Below, in pieces: positions 52,261 to 64,000 of a stretch of 64,000 bases of DNA. Positions within the stretch are counted from its first letter, which is position 1, and each line of letters begins with the position of its first letter. The DNA is from Haliotis cracherodii (taxonomy: Eukaryota). A program made the translations under genes and the position numbers. The DNA lies in the NCBI RefSeq assembly GCF_022045235.1, contig NW_027266286.1, forward strand, positions 42,160,001-42,224,000. Reading direction: 5' to 3'. Below the pieces are notes generated by a model. It was not told where the DNA came from, searched no databases, and worked only from the letters and a program-made list of their open reading frames with translations.

Positions 52261-52533
52261 ACTTGCTAATCACAGTATTTCATTGAGTTAACAGAAATCA
52301 TAATCATGTTCTAATTTTACATTAGACAGAGAAGAACGACTTTGTAATCAATCCAGTGAGTATTTAAAAACAACAATTACAATTACAAAACAACCTATCG
52401 GAAACTTACACACAGATGGGTATATAGAACGAATTGATCAGACCTGTGTTAAATTAATAGCAGCAATTTGAAATCATTATGTTGTATAACATTTGTTTAG
52501 CTGATGCATCACGAAATGGTGTATCGCTTTATA

Positions 52534-53987
52534 TACTGAGCCGAAAAAGAAACGTCAACCCAAGTAACATTGCATGAAAAGTTGTCATTTAATATCTGGG
52601 TAATTTTTATCAAAGTTTCTAAGATTTAACATTACCTTGTCCGGAAAAATGAAATTTGATGATAAAAAGACGACAATAAACCCGATCGCCCAAACGCATT
52701 ACGGCAAAGGCCATGGTAACCCGATGCACGTGAGTTCCGTGCAAATTGGAATGCACATGCGTTCCCCCATTTCTTGCCCTATAATAGATCGGATAACATT
52801 CATTCGTTATTGAATTGCTACCACATGCCAGGATTGACAAGAAATCAGCAACACCAAGCCCTTGGATGATTGAAACCGCCCGCCAAGCAGCCAATGCATT
52901 TCAAGTTCACGTGAGGATCATATACAGGCCACCAACACTACAGATGACCGACCACGTAGTGGAAGACCAAGGGTCACCAGCTGACATCAGGATTGTCAGA
53001 TTGTGCCGCTGCATCTTCAAGATCGCTTTGTTACTGCTGCGGAAGCTGTTCGACAGACAATGGGAACACATACATGTAATAGCGACACATACATGTAAGT
53101 GCGGACACCGTGCGTCGACGATTGACACCTCCACTGTCACAGGCCACACCGAGGACCTATTCTGACACAACGTCATCGCCGGGACCGTCTTCAGTGGGCA
53201 ACACAGCACCAGCACTGGCGCCAACAGCAGTGGAGAAGAGTCCTCTTCTCAGACGAGAGCCATTACTGTATCTCAACAGCAGATGGCACATAGAGAGTCT
53301 GGCGACGCCGTGGAGAACATTATTCAGATGCTTGTGTTGTTGAGAGACTCGTGGGGTGGTCCGGGCATCATAGTGTGGGGTGGAATTGATCTTGCACAGA
53401 GGATCGGCCCTGTGGTCTTCCAGAACATCGGTCCAGGGAGAGGCAATGGTGTCACAGCAGCTCGGTACATTGATCAAGTCTTGAGACCACACGCCCTCAT
53501 TTGCCACCTCGCCGCAACCAAGAATTTCAGCATGATAACGCCCGTGCCCACACTGCGAGAGCAACAAGAGACTTTCTTCAGAAGAATGGCCTAGAACCAT
53601 GCAATGGCCTGCCCTCAGTCCCGATTTAAATCCCACTGAACACATGTGGGACGAGACGGCTGAATGATGTCCGACCAAGGCAAACAACTGCAGCTGAACT
53701 GCGTCAGGCGTTCCTCAGAGTGTGGGCTCAAGTGCCTATGGCCTTCATCAACCGCCTCATCCATTCCATGTATCGACCTTGCACGGCAGTAATCAATGCA
53801 CATGGCGAACACACGAGATACTGACTAGCGTTGTGTTTAAGAACATTTGACACTTTAATTTCAACCTTGATGATAAGTTTTTCCAAGTTTCATCTTTTTA
53901 ATATGTCTCAAAGGATGTTTACAGTGTTTGGACAAATAAGGTTTCTCATATATCTATCCATGGTGACGTTTCTTTTGCAGTTCAGTA
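52534..53987 (+). mobile_element. full-length but frameshifted Tc1/mariner transposon
   Basis: TIRs tactgagccgaaaaagaaacgtca / tgacgtttcttttgcagttcagta in a TA context; motifs DRPRSGRPRVT, GGPGIIVWGGI, HDNARAH, SPDLNP.EH.W. Confidence 0.87.
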
Positions 53988-54330
53988 TATAACCAGTATG
54001 CTAACAGAATGGATGCAACGGTGATCGTCCCATGTCTTTCCTTAGTACTAAACAAACCTCATCAAGGTTGATTAGAATTGTCTGAAAGCATGTTCCTTGT
54101 CATAAGGAAATACCCTTATTACTTCCAATCAATATCCAGTTATAAAAGGTTTGAAAGCATCAGCACCGAAACGTAACTTGAATCTCCATGCCCCGCGTCA
54201 TGCACGAGGTTACTAAGGCGCTAAGGCGAGCCCCCTGTCACCTTCTAGGAACACAATAACAAATATATGAGGAATGACAAAACAATTTATATCAATTCAA
54301 TGCAAAATTATTTGTCTGTCAGTAATATTA

Positions 54331-57300
54331 TCATTTAATGTCAGATGGGACAAGCTTGGCTGTGACAAGGGCTACCGCAGTCACATATCCTTCCGAATCT
54401 TTGTTGGAAAAGTTAACTTGGACCGTGATTGAAGTGGTGTTCAACAAGGTGAAAGGGACGACAAACTCCCAAACATCCATGTAGTTGAAGATTTTACTGT
54501 TCTGTTTGTCTGAGTCGTACAGCTTGTAACAGGGGTAAAGAGGTTGGTGGTTAAAGGTAACAGATGACAGACTGTTTGTTTCATTGATGGGAAGACTCGC
54601 AGAAACTCGCAGTCTCGCGCTGTCGAATTCATCTTTTGGAAGAGCTATGCTTGTCACAGCGATGCTGTCCTTGATGGGTATAATCATATCAGCTCCGTAG
54701 TATGTTGTTTCATTGAAAGTGTCTCTTGGCAACTGGTTTGAGGGAATTCTGAATGTATAGCGACATGTTGCTTCAGGTGGAAGGTCAACCATTCCTCCAG
54801 TATTACCGATGTCAAAGGGTTCGTTGAAGGTGATAATTGGATACCAGTTGTCCTTGATGGTGATACAAGTAGCTTCTCCTGTGATTGGTGTTATCCAGTC
54901 GTCTTGAAAAATTAACTTGACCATCTGTGATTGTTGAGAATAGCTGTGTAAGAGAATGACCGTTTCATTACGTACAGAACTTGACATTGATAGCGGCGAT
55001 ACCGTTCGTTCCTGACCATCACATTTGCTGGCAGTTCTGATGAAGGAGTACTCTGACGTGAAATTGGACCAAAATTTGAATACATCTGCATTCCTTGAGG
55101 CGTTTCCTTGGCGGGTGAAAAGTGACCAGTTGGAACCATTATTTCCAGGATCTTGTTCACTGCTTAAAAGAAACACCACCGATCTGTCAATGTATTCTCT
55201 GAGACCAAGATGGGTGAACCTATGGGCATTAGACTGGTATATTGTTGAAAAGTCAACTATCCCAGATAGAGCAGTTTTACTAATTCCTATCACTCCATCG
55301 CGACCATATTCACTGATAATGAGTGGGATTTTTTCCCCCTTCTTTTGATGAACATAGCTTTCAATCAGGTCAACAAATGCTACCAGGCGTGCTTCATTTA
55401 TACCAGTAAATCGGTGAGATTTCCCTGAAACAATAAGTGCGTTGTACGAATGAAAGGAAAACACGTCTAAATAGTCTAAAGTGATGTCCATGAACTCTAC
55501 CAGTTTTGTCCAGAACGAAAAGTCGTTCCTGTCTACCACTGTGTTATATCCCGTCATTGTCGGGCCAACCACTTTGATGTTAAACCTGGAATGGAGTTTC
55601 TTGGCAACTGTTTTGTGGAAAATGGCGACAGTGGTGGTGAAATTCATTATATCCCCTTTAACATCTGGTTCGTTGACGACCTCGAAGTATGGCGGAATCC
55701 GACCTTGAGTGTAGTCAAAGACTCCTTGCACCAGCAACAATATAAACTCTGCAGCAGCATCGATGTTGTTGGGGAATTGACCCTTATGATCGGACGTATT
55801 CATCCAGTTTGGCCAGTGAAGACCTAAAATCAATAATACAACATAAAACTGATTGATAAATACATATGCCTTTTCTATAAGAGCTTACGCATATATTTCC
55901 GTTTTAAAGACAAACTTCATCACTGTTTCCTTGACGCGATACAGGACGTCAAGCTGGCGATAATATACGGCTATTAAGTAATTGCTGTGCTGTGTAATTG
56001 CTGCGTACTTGCTGTGCAATCAACCAAATAAGACAAAGGCCGCCTGCTCTTGTATTTCCTTAATACAATCAATGAAGGACTATCTTTATAGTGAATTTCA
56101 CAGAAAGTATTTGAGACAAGTTGATTAATATTATGTTGAATCTTATTTCATTTTCAACTCTGTACACCACTATCCACCACTGACAGACTGAAGGTAAAAC
56201 TCATTCCTTGATCCATGGGACTTTTTTTAATAACGTGGTGACCATAGATATAGTCACATGTCTATTTTAAGAGGTTCAGGTCAATTTGTCAAAAATGAAA
56301 GCAAATGAAATCTGAAGTTTACTGCAAAAATATTATCTGAAATGCTGGACATCTTTATTGATAATATTTATTTAACATTTTGGGAAAAAACATTCAGGCA
56401 AGAAGTAGGCATCACCATAGTCACCGATTCCGCTCCCCTCCTTGCTGATCTGTTTCTTTATTCATATGAATCAAAATTTCTGCTCGGACTGGCAAAGTCA
56501 ATCCAAGTTAATTTGGCCAGGAACTTTAACATAAACTTCAGGTATATAGAAGATCTGATATCGTTCAATAACAGTCAAATTGCCAATTCCCTTACACCTA
56601 TACTAGAAATGTAGGCGACCAGTGAGACCGCCTCATCTGTTTCATATTTGGATCAACACAAAAAGATTCTGAGTGAAAAAAACACTTTCAACAAGACTGT
56701 ATGACAAGAGGTATGACTTCACCTTTTCAAAAGTCAACATATCCTTTATTTCAAAATTTTTGAGGTGCAATCTAGCATACTCTTTCTAGCAAGATTTCAA
56801 AGAGCTATACAACTCTTGCCCACAGGTTGTTTGATCAAGGTTACAACATTCAAGGCCTCTGTAAAACTTTTAGAGGGTTTTATGGAAGGCAGACATGTGG
56901 AGGACATTTCAAAATTTGACAAAAATAAGTGATAACAATTATGTCTGATGCAATGCTCTATTTTGATTTCTACCCTATGTTCACGTTGTTTTTTTCAAAT
57001 GAACAATAGACTTGCCTTTGCATGCGTTTGTGACGGATGCCACCGGTGGCGCAGAATATGTTAACCTCTTCGCAAACACCTTGTATTATCACTATTTGAT
57101 ACTGATTCATAAACACATGGTCATGATATACCAGTAGTCGGAAACGTACAATCGAATATTAGCAGATATTGCTTATGAATATGGAGAGGGTTTTGTCACG
57201 TTAAATTTATAAGTAGATTAATCTTACACCTATCATTTGTAACTACACGTAAAGTACGTCCAGGCGATTTTGGGTTATTTTCTACCATCTGCACATCATT

Positions 57301-60065
57301 TGCTTCTCTCCTTCACAGAGGTCATAACATAAGAAGGCAATCTAATATGTGATCTTGACGTCCATGCATGATGTGTGATAGAGCAACTGCCATATATAGG
57401 TGCAATATCTATCGAACGCCTGACTTCGTTATTGCAGTGATTCGTGAGTGCATCTAATCTTCGAATTTGTCTTTTACTATTGTGACGGGAAAGAAATATG
57501 AATCTCTCTACGTCCGTTTTAATAATATTACCAATCAAATAACAGCATTTGTTTCTGAATATTCTTACCTTTCATCATCATGATCATTTCATTCTTATAA
57601 CCACTGTCAATGTTAGCAAGGTAATCGGAGAACCATTCCTGTTGCATGCTGACGTTCTTTAGGTAGTTGGGGTCGGGGTAGCCACTTCGGTGTGCGTCTT
57701 CTGGCCACTACAATCAATATGCTTATTAGGCAAGGAGAATGTTATTCCAAACAGTGCTACTTTGTGAATATTCGTCAATGCATATTAGCTTAAACATTTA
57801 CTTTCAGTCTAAATAGGGGTCAGGGTACCCTCTTGCCATTGTATAATTAATATATGAAAATTTGGGTTTAGTATAATTAATCGCATATCAATGACAATTC
57901 ACTGTTGTGCAATGTTTCCCAGTAATATCTTGTATCATGCATAAAAGGAAAAGGTTAATTCAATAATTGTCCAGTCATTTGTTACCTGTTCACTGGCAAG
58001 TGTACAAGTCCATATTAGTCTTAAGTAATTACTTCATTTGTATGAGTGGATACGACCATGGGGCATCGAGCAATAATTGTCTATCCCAATTAAAGAAAGA
58101 CAATGACTCTAAAACATAGTGTTTATTTCTTAGCAGGAGAATTGGCCTCAAAACATTCATCCCACCACATTCATGCATTTATCGTATGCAACATCACTGC
58201 AGCTCTATAAATGTTAATTAATGTCTGTTTGCAATATTCATGACATTACTGTCAAAACGAACCCTCGAAGCCATACATTACAGGATGAGCAAATGAAAGA
58301 CACAGAAATGCTTCATGTTTTCTGTCTCAACTGCCGGGCAGAAGACCCTTATCCCCTTGCACCGCAGCTCCATAAAAAGAAACAAAAACAGGTGAAGGTT
58401 ATTTTAATGAAAGGAATCATTTTTAATGTCTGTACATAATGCAATTCTATATCGATAGTGCACTTGCCAAAAGTCCGAGCGAAAGAGACACGGGGTCAAA
58501 ATGAAAAAAATACGTAAAGACGAGTCCACTTAAAAGGTGCTCATAAAGTCAAATCATGTGACAAGACATGTCCCTAGTAGCGTGTGTGACCACCCCCTGC
58601 ATCAATGCGCGCCAAAATAGTCTCCTCATGGATGCCGTTGGTCGCCGGATGACTTCATTAGGAATTCTGCGCTACTCATCCAATAAAACCTGTTCAAGCT
58701 GCTGTCTGTTTGCTGGGGGAGATACGCGTTGTCTCATCTGTCGATCACGATGATCCCAGAGATCCTCTATGGGATCCATGTCTGGAGAACATGCTGGCCA
58801 AGGAAATACGTTGACGTTAACGTTGTGCAGATATTGCTGAACACGTCTGGCGTGCATTGTCCTGCTGCAAAAGGGTACCCCTTGCCCGTCCACGTAAGAA
58901 TGGCACTAGAGGAGATCGAACACCTCATCTCTGTATCTTTGGCCAGTCAGATTCCCACGGATAATGACAAGCCTTGTTGTCCTCTGACCGCAAATACTGC
59001 CCGATACCATAACGCTGCCTCCTCCATACGGCTGCTCATCTTGGATGCAGTGAGGTGCCAGTCGCTCGCCCCTACGTCGATAAACACGGACTCGGCCATC
59101 ATTACAGAACAAGTTAAAGCGACTTTCATCTGGGAACAGCACCCTTTCCAAATCACGCCGCTGCCACCGACGTACAGGTTTTGCCCATTGTAATGCGTTG
59201 ACGTAGAAGATGGATCAATGCCGTTCCACGGAAGGGGCGGTAGGCTCTGATACCACCAATGCAGAGTCATCGTACGGGTGTTCATCTGCTGATGTGGTGT
59301 CCCATTGCCGTCGCTGCCGTTGACGTCGCCGTCACGTATCGGATGTAGCGGTCTTCAACTGGTGTTGTGACTCTTTGTGTCTGGTCTATTTGCTGATACA
59401 GGCTCAACTAGTTGCTCATACTGGTTTGACTGCAGTTAAAGGTTCTTGCAATCTGCCGTTGAGAGGCCCCAATATCGGCTATACCAACAGCTCTATCATG
59501 TTCCTCTTGTGCTAGTATCGGCATTTCTCTGCTGTTCTTTTTGATGCTGCATCCTTCCTCTACCCCACACCGGTATTTATGCAACAATTATGCACGAACA
59601 CTTTTCACAGTTCCCCCAAATCCTGTTTTTCCAATTTATCATGACCGCACTTCACTCACTAAAACGTGACTTTCATTGTGCACATGGTGTGTGTTGGTGA
59701 ATGTTTTCTGATAACATTCTAACTTATCGCTCTTATCGCCTTTTATTCAGTGATACGTTTCTTTTGCCCGGCATTTTACAATGTGACTTATTACGATAAT
59801 ATAAAGGATCGAATTAGAAAGAAAATCTCACCACTCGGAAGAGAGTAAAATCTTCGTGTATCCAGCGCCCGCTGTCAGTCCGAAGGCGGCGACAGTTTGC
59901 AATACGGGACTCCTTTTCCAGGCCATTGTGCTTGTTCCATCTGTCACTCTCATAGCGCACACTACCCCCCTGTGCCAGCAACTGAGGATAGACCGTCACA
60001 GTCGTGTCACTATATACACCACCTATTACCAGGCTCAGGGTGAGAATGACCAGTGTCAATTTCAT
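54331..60065 (-). CDS. secreted GH86-like beta-porphyranase/beta-agarase, copy F (621 aa, most divergent); exons 60065-59832, 57707-57569, 55823-54331
   Basis: Signal peptide MKLTLVILTLSLVIGGVYS; splice sites gtgaga/tag and gtaaga/tag; open 1866-nt frame; YFEVVNEP, DVFSFHSY, PLIISEYG. Confidence 0.85.
56130..57090 (+). mobile_element. decayed Penelope-like retroelement RT fragment in intron 2 of copy F
   Basis: FIDNIYLTF..FRQEVGI....SAPLLADLFLYSYE..FRYIEDL, SVSYLD, LYDKR.DF.F motifs. Confidence 0.7.
58328..59775 (-). mobile_element. decayed Tc1/mariner transposon in intron 1 of copy F
   Basis: TIR-like tgccgggca(g/a)aaga at both ends; VLFPDESRFNL, YGGGSVMV, WPACSPDMDPIEDLW. Confidence 0.85.
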
Positions 60066-61377
60066 TGTCACCGAAATGTAATGTGTCATTACAAAGACAT
60101 GAACAGCTTTTATGCTTAGAATTCGTCAGAATTATCAGTGACCCAATTTTGCAGTTCTATAAATGCTTGTACATGATAAGAAAATGCGTAGGCATGTTGA
60201 TGTGCCGAAAGGATAGCCTTGAGGTTTGTGCATGTCAGCATTGCTCAGCAGATACTTCGTCTTTATCTTCTGTAAAAAAAAAAAAACAATTTGAATGAAA
60301 TTATTTGCAATCAATGTTATATCTTGCCCAGGCTCGATTATTTGCAGGCAGACATATTCACTGAATATTGGAATATTCTGGCGTTAAACGATACGCCACA
60401 GTCTCCCATTAAATACACATTGTTGTACATTTCCAGTAACTGTTTGTTATGGTATTAATAGTGAGTTCACGTCACAGAGCAGAGACCTTCACACAAGGTT
60501 GGGCCTATCTATGATCCTGCAATATAGTGTACAGTTTTTGGAAATGTACATAAAACCAATATACATAGTCGACTACTTGATGTCCAACTTATACTTCAAC
60601 TTGTACATGCATAAAGTCAGGGTTTACCATGATATCAGAGAAGTATTGGAGTTAAGAAGAATCACTTTAAGGTCTTGCCAATTAAGAATTCATTCCCCCG
60701 CCATCTGTGCGGATGTTGTGGGGTGGTCTTTTGCTTGTTTGACACAACAGTACACATTATTACATTTATTTAACGTCCGCCTCCTAATTCAAGATTCTTG
60801 ACCAGACGTCAAACACCGGTAACCTGGTTTGTAACCTGTAACCTCGGTGGCGGAATTCTTCGTTTGGGGGACGATTTTGCCTGTAATTTTTTTTCGTCCG
60901 TTTGACGCGATTTCCCTTTTCCAAATTAAATTTTGGTCAGCCAATTGTGATTAGATATCCTCTCAAGTAGTAAATTCTGCAAAGTTGCTATGTTTACTTT
61001 ACTTGCTAAATAGTCCGTGAAGAGGTACCCTCTTTGAAGGACTGAAGTAGGTTTCTGCTCTTGTCTCGATGGCCGAAGACGTGCCTGTTTAGGCCTCAAC
61101 CAAGGGGTATCTGAACATGCTTGTCAAATGGGCCAAAATACTGGCCCGCTGTCTGTTTTGCTGTTTTCTACTTTACCACAATATTAGAATAGTGAAGGTT
61201 GGACGGAGTGTTTAACAGACAACTTAGCTGGTGTTGCACAAAACATTTCTCTTTGAAGTAAAATTTTGTTTCCATGACAACCCAATGGAAAAAATTCATC
61301 TATCCCATTGGTCACCAATGTGTTCAGATAATTACATGAATATATAGCTTGTGTGTGGCTGCTTTATTTTCGTGGTT

Positions 61378-61540
61378 GGTGCGGTCGGGTAGCATAGTGG
61401 TTAGAGCGTTCGTCATGCCTATAACCTGGGTTCGATTCCCGACAAGGGTACACTGTGTGAAGCCCATTTATGGTGTCCCAAGCCGGGATATTGCTTGAAT
61501 ATTACTAAAAGCGGCGTAAAACCAAACTCCCTCACTCACC
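61378..61540 (+). mobile_element. tRNA-derived SINE (family 3)
   Basis: A-box tagcatagtggttagagcg, B-box ggttcgattccc, ctcactcac tail. Confidence 0.8.
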
Positions 61541-61916
61541 ATTTTCGGGGTCAATTATCAGCTTCACGTATCCTTCAAAGTAGCGACATTGTTTCTTTTA
61601 TTGATTTTTGTTGCCTACATGCACGTCGAACTGATCAACAGTCCTTCTATAGGATGGCAGCCTGTAAATAACCATGTCATACTCAAACAGGTAAGACTAA
61701 CAGTTCTTTGGTGTATGTGTGTACATTATATGTACATTGTAGACAGTTACACAAACATAATTACAACCGACATAGTATTCAAGCTAAGTACAACACCAGC
61801 TGTTCTTAAAAATAAATATGCGACCTGGGAATATAACAACAATGACACTTTGATGTAATTTGTTTAATACTGTCAAATTTGAGGAATTTGTCAGAAATAG
61901 TATTATTTTCATGATT

Positions 61917-63394
61917 TCAAATCGGTTGGGTAAGCTTGGCTGTGACAAGAGCAACTGAAGAAACATATCCTGCTGTCATGTTGTTGGAGAAGTAGACCTG
62001 TACCAGATTAGCCCCCGTTACAAATAGGGAGGTAGGGACAGCAAACTCCCAAACTTCCCAATAGGTGATGCTTTTAAATTTGTCAGAATCATACAGCTTA
62101 TAGAAACAGTCAAGGCGGTGGAGGTTAAAGGTTATATATGATACATTGTTTGTTTCATTGATCGGCCAACTGGTTGAAACTCTCAGTCTTGCACTGTGAT
62201 ATTGGCCATCTGGTAGAGATATGACTGTCAAGACGATATTGCCCTTGATTGGTATCAGTGTATCAGCTCCGTAGTATGTGGTTTCGTTGAGAGTGACTGA
62301 AGGCAGTTTATTTGAAGGGGTCTTGAATGTAAGGTGGCATGTTGCTTCAGGTGGAATTGTCACCATTCCATGGGTCTTCTGGATGTCGAAGGGTTCATTG
62401 AAAGTGATGACTGGGTGCCAGTCGTCCTTGATGGTGATACAAGTAGCTTCTCCAGTAGTTGGCTTGATCCAGCCGCCTTCAAAGTCTAACTTGACCGCCT
62501 GTGGCTTCTGAGAATAGCTATGCAAGAGAATGACAGTTTCGTTATTCAGTGGACTTGACATTGCTAACGGCGACACTGTTCGTTCCTCTCCATCATACTG
62601 GCTGGTAGTTCTGATAAAGGAGTAGCCTGACGTGAATTTGTACCAAAACTTGAAGACGTCGACAATACGCGTGGCGTTTCCTTGAAGAGTGAAAAGTGAC
62701 CAGTTGAGACTATCATGGCCTGGATATTTTTCATTGGCTAAAAGAAACACCACTGCTCTGTCAATGTATTCCCTGAGACCTAGTTGGGTGAATCTGTGGC
62801 CATTGGCTTGGTATATTGTTGAAAAGTCCACTATACCTGATGGAGCATATTTGTCAATTCCTTCCACGGGACCGCGACCATATTCACTGATAACAAGGGG
62901 AATAATCTTTCCAGTCTTCTGGGAGACATAGTTTTCAACCAGGTCGACAAATGCTACCAGACGTGCTGCATTCATACCAGTGAAATTGTGAGATTTTCCC
63001 GAAACAGTCAGCGAGTTGTACGAATGAAAAGAAAATACATCGATATAGCCTAAGGTGACGTCCAGGAAATTGGCCACTCTTCGCCAATACGAAAAGTCTT
63101 TTCTATCCGCCAGCCCAGTTTCTCCATCAAGTGTAGGACCAGAAACTTTGATGTTAAATCTCGCATGGAGTTTCTCAGCAACTAATTTGTGAAATTTGGC
63201 AACAGTCGTGAAATTCAGTATACGCCCTTTACCATCCGGCTCGTTGATGGGCTCAAAGTAGTGTGGCATTTGTCCTTTTGTGTAGTCATAAACTCCTTGC
63301 AGCATCAACATCATGAACTCTGCTGCAGCATCGACATTGTTTGGGAATTGACCTTTGTGTTCAGACGTGTTTATCCAACTCGGGTAATAGAGAC
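61917..63394 (-). CDS. GH86-like beta-porphyranase/beta-agarase copy G, exon 3 only (exons 1-2 lie beyond the right edge)
   Basis: Acceptor tttttcag|gtctctattac (G-LYYPSW); YFEPINEP, DVFSFHSY, PLVISEYG; open to the stop at 61917. Confidence 0.85.
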
Positions 63395-63624
63395 CTGAAA
63401 AATACTATGATAACGGTTACTATGATAGATTTATATTTAATTTTGAAAAAATGAGTGGACATGAAACGGTTTGTAAATATATGAAATATTAAACACTTCG
63501 GTATTATCAAAGAATCCCTGGTGTAGAGAAGAATGAGTTGTGTAGGAAAGAATGAAATACTATGGTTCACTGTTCGGAAAATTCGGAAAATTGCTTGTTT
63601 TTGTCTTTTCCCAATACCCATACG

Positions 63625-63745
63625 CCCCAGTCAATCAAGCGATTGACATCATGAGAATCGATCTTTTCATTTTGGATACGGTGACATGTATCAACCAACT
63701 CAGCGATCCTGACCACCCGATCTCGTTAGTTGCCTCCTTCGACAA
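63625..63745 (-). mobile_element. family 1 short retroelement fragment
   Basis: gattgacatcatgagaatcgatc..gacatgtatcaaccaactcagcgatcctgaccacccgatctcgttagttgcctc. Confidence 0.7.
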
Positions 63746-64000
63746 CACATATGATACTGTTTGTGGCAAGTGGCCAGGTGGGATTACATTTCCTGACATT
63801 AATCAGTTCAGGTCAATTTCCTTAGATTAAATTCTTAGAGAAAATGAAACAAAACACGCTTTGGACAGAAGCAACCTTTTAACAACTGATTTGACTTTTT
63901 AGAAGAAAACAAACACGACATCTTATATTATCTATTTAATATTTGGAGTACAATAACACCATCAAATGTGTAAGGTCAATAAATTGTTAGCTTCATCATA

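Noticed and set aside
61378-61445. Possible tRNA genes (also 44305-44378, 8697-8800, 31305-31415)
   Set aside because: A/B boxes run into shared SINE bodies and (actc)n tails, and the cloverleaf is incomplete.
61470-61495. gtcccaagccgggata resembling a twister ribozyme core
   Set aside because: It is a mutated version of the SINE family 3 sequence (tcccccgccgtgat) and the other twister elements are absent.
9368-63394. Bacterial contamination or a prokaryotic polysaccharide utilisation locus
   Set aside because: Conserved GT-AG introns, animal SINEs/LINEs inside the genes, and no operon structure or susC/susD-like neighbours.

Overview
AT-rich eukaryotic (animal) genomic DNA with GT-AG introns, SINEs with (GAGT)n tails, I-group/CR1-like LINEs, Tc1/mariner relics and a Penelope-like relic. 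The repeat landscape suggests a marine gastropod such as abalone (inference). The window is a head-to-tail, minus-strand tandem array of one gene family encoding ~620-aa secreted clan GH-A glycoside hydrolases. From my recollection of those sequences, they align end to end with bacterial GH86 beta-porphyranase/beta-agarase enzymes (Bacteroides plebeius BpGH86A type). Five copies (B, C, D, E, F) reconstruct as intact genes with three coding exons (240 or 234 nt, 139 nt, ~1.48 kb). Copy G runs off the right edge, copy A is interrupted by a LINE 5' end at the left edge, and at least four decayed relics lie between them. Main hypothesis: a bacteria-derived red-algal galactan hydrolase that was domesticated in an animal (introns, signal peptide, many N-glycosylation sequons, TATA/GATA promoter) and amplified by birth-and-death evolution, with variable active-site loops and chimeric exons. 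A second candidate novelty is a covarying pseudoknot-plus-hairpin RNA motif shared by the LINE 5' UTR and an abundant short retroelement. All family assignments come from motif reading and memory; no database search was run.
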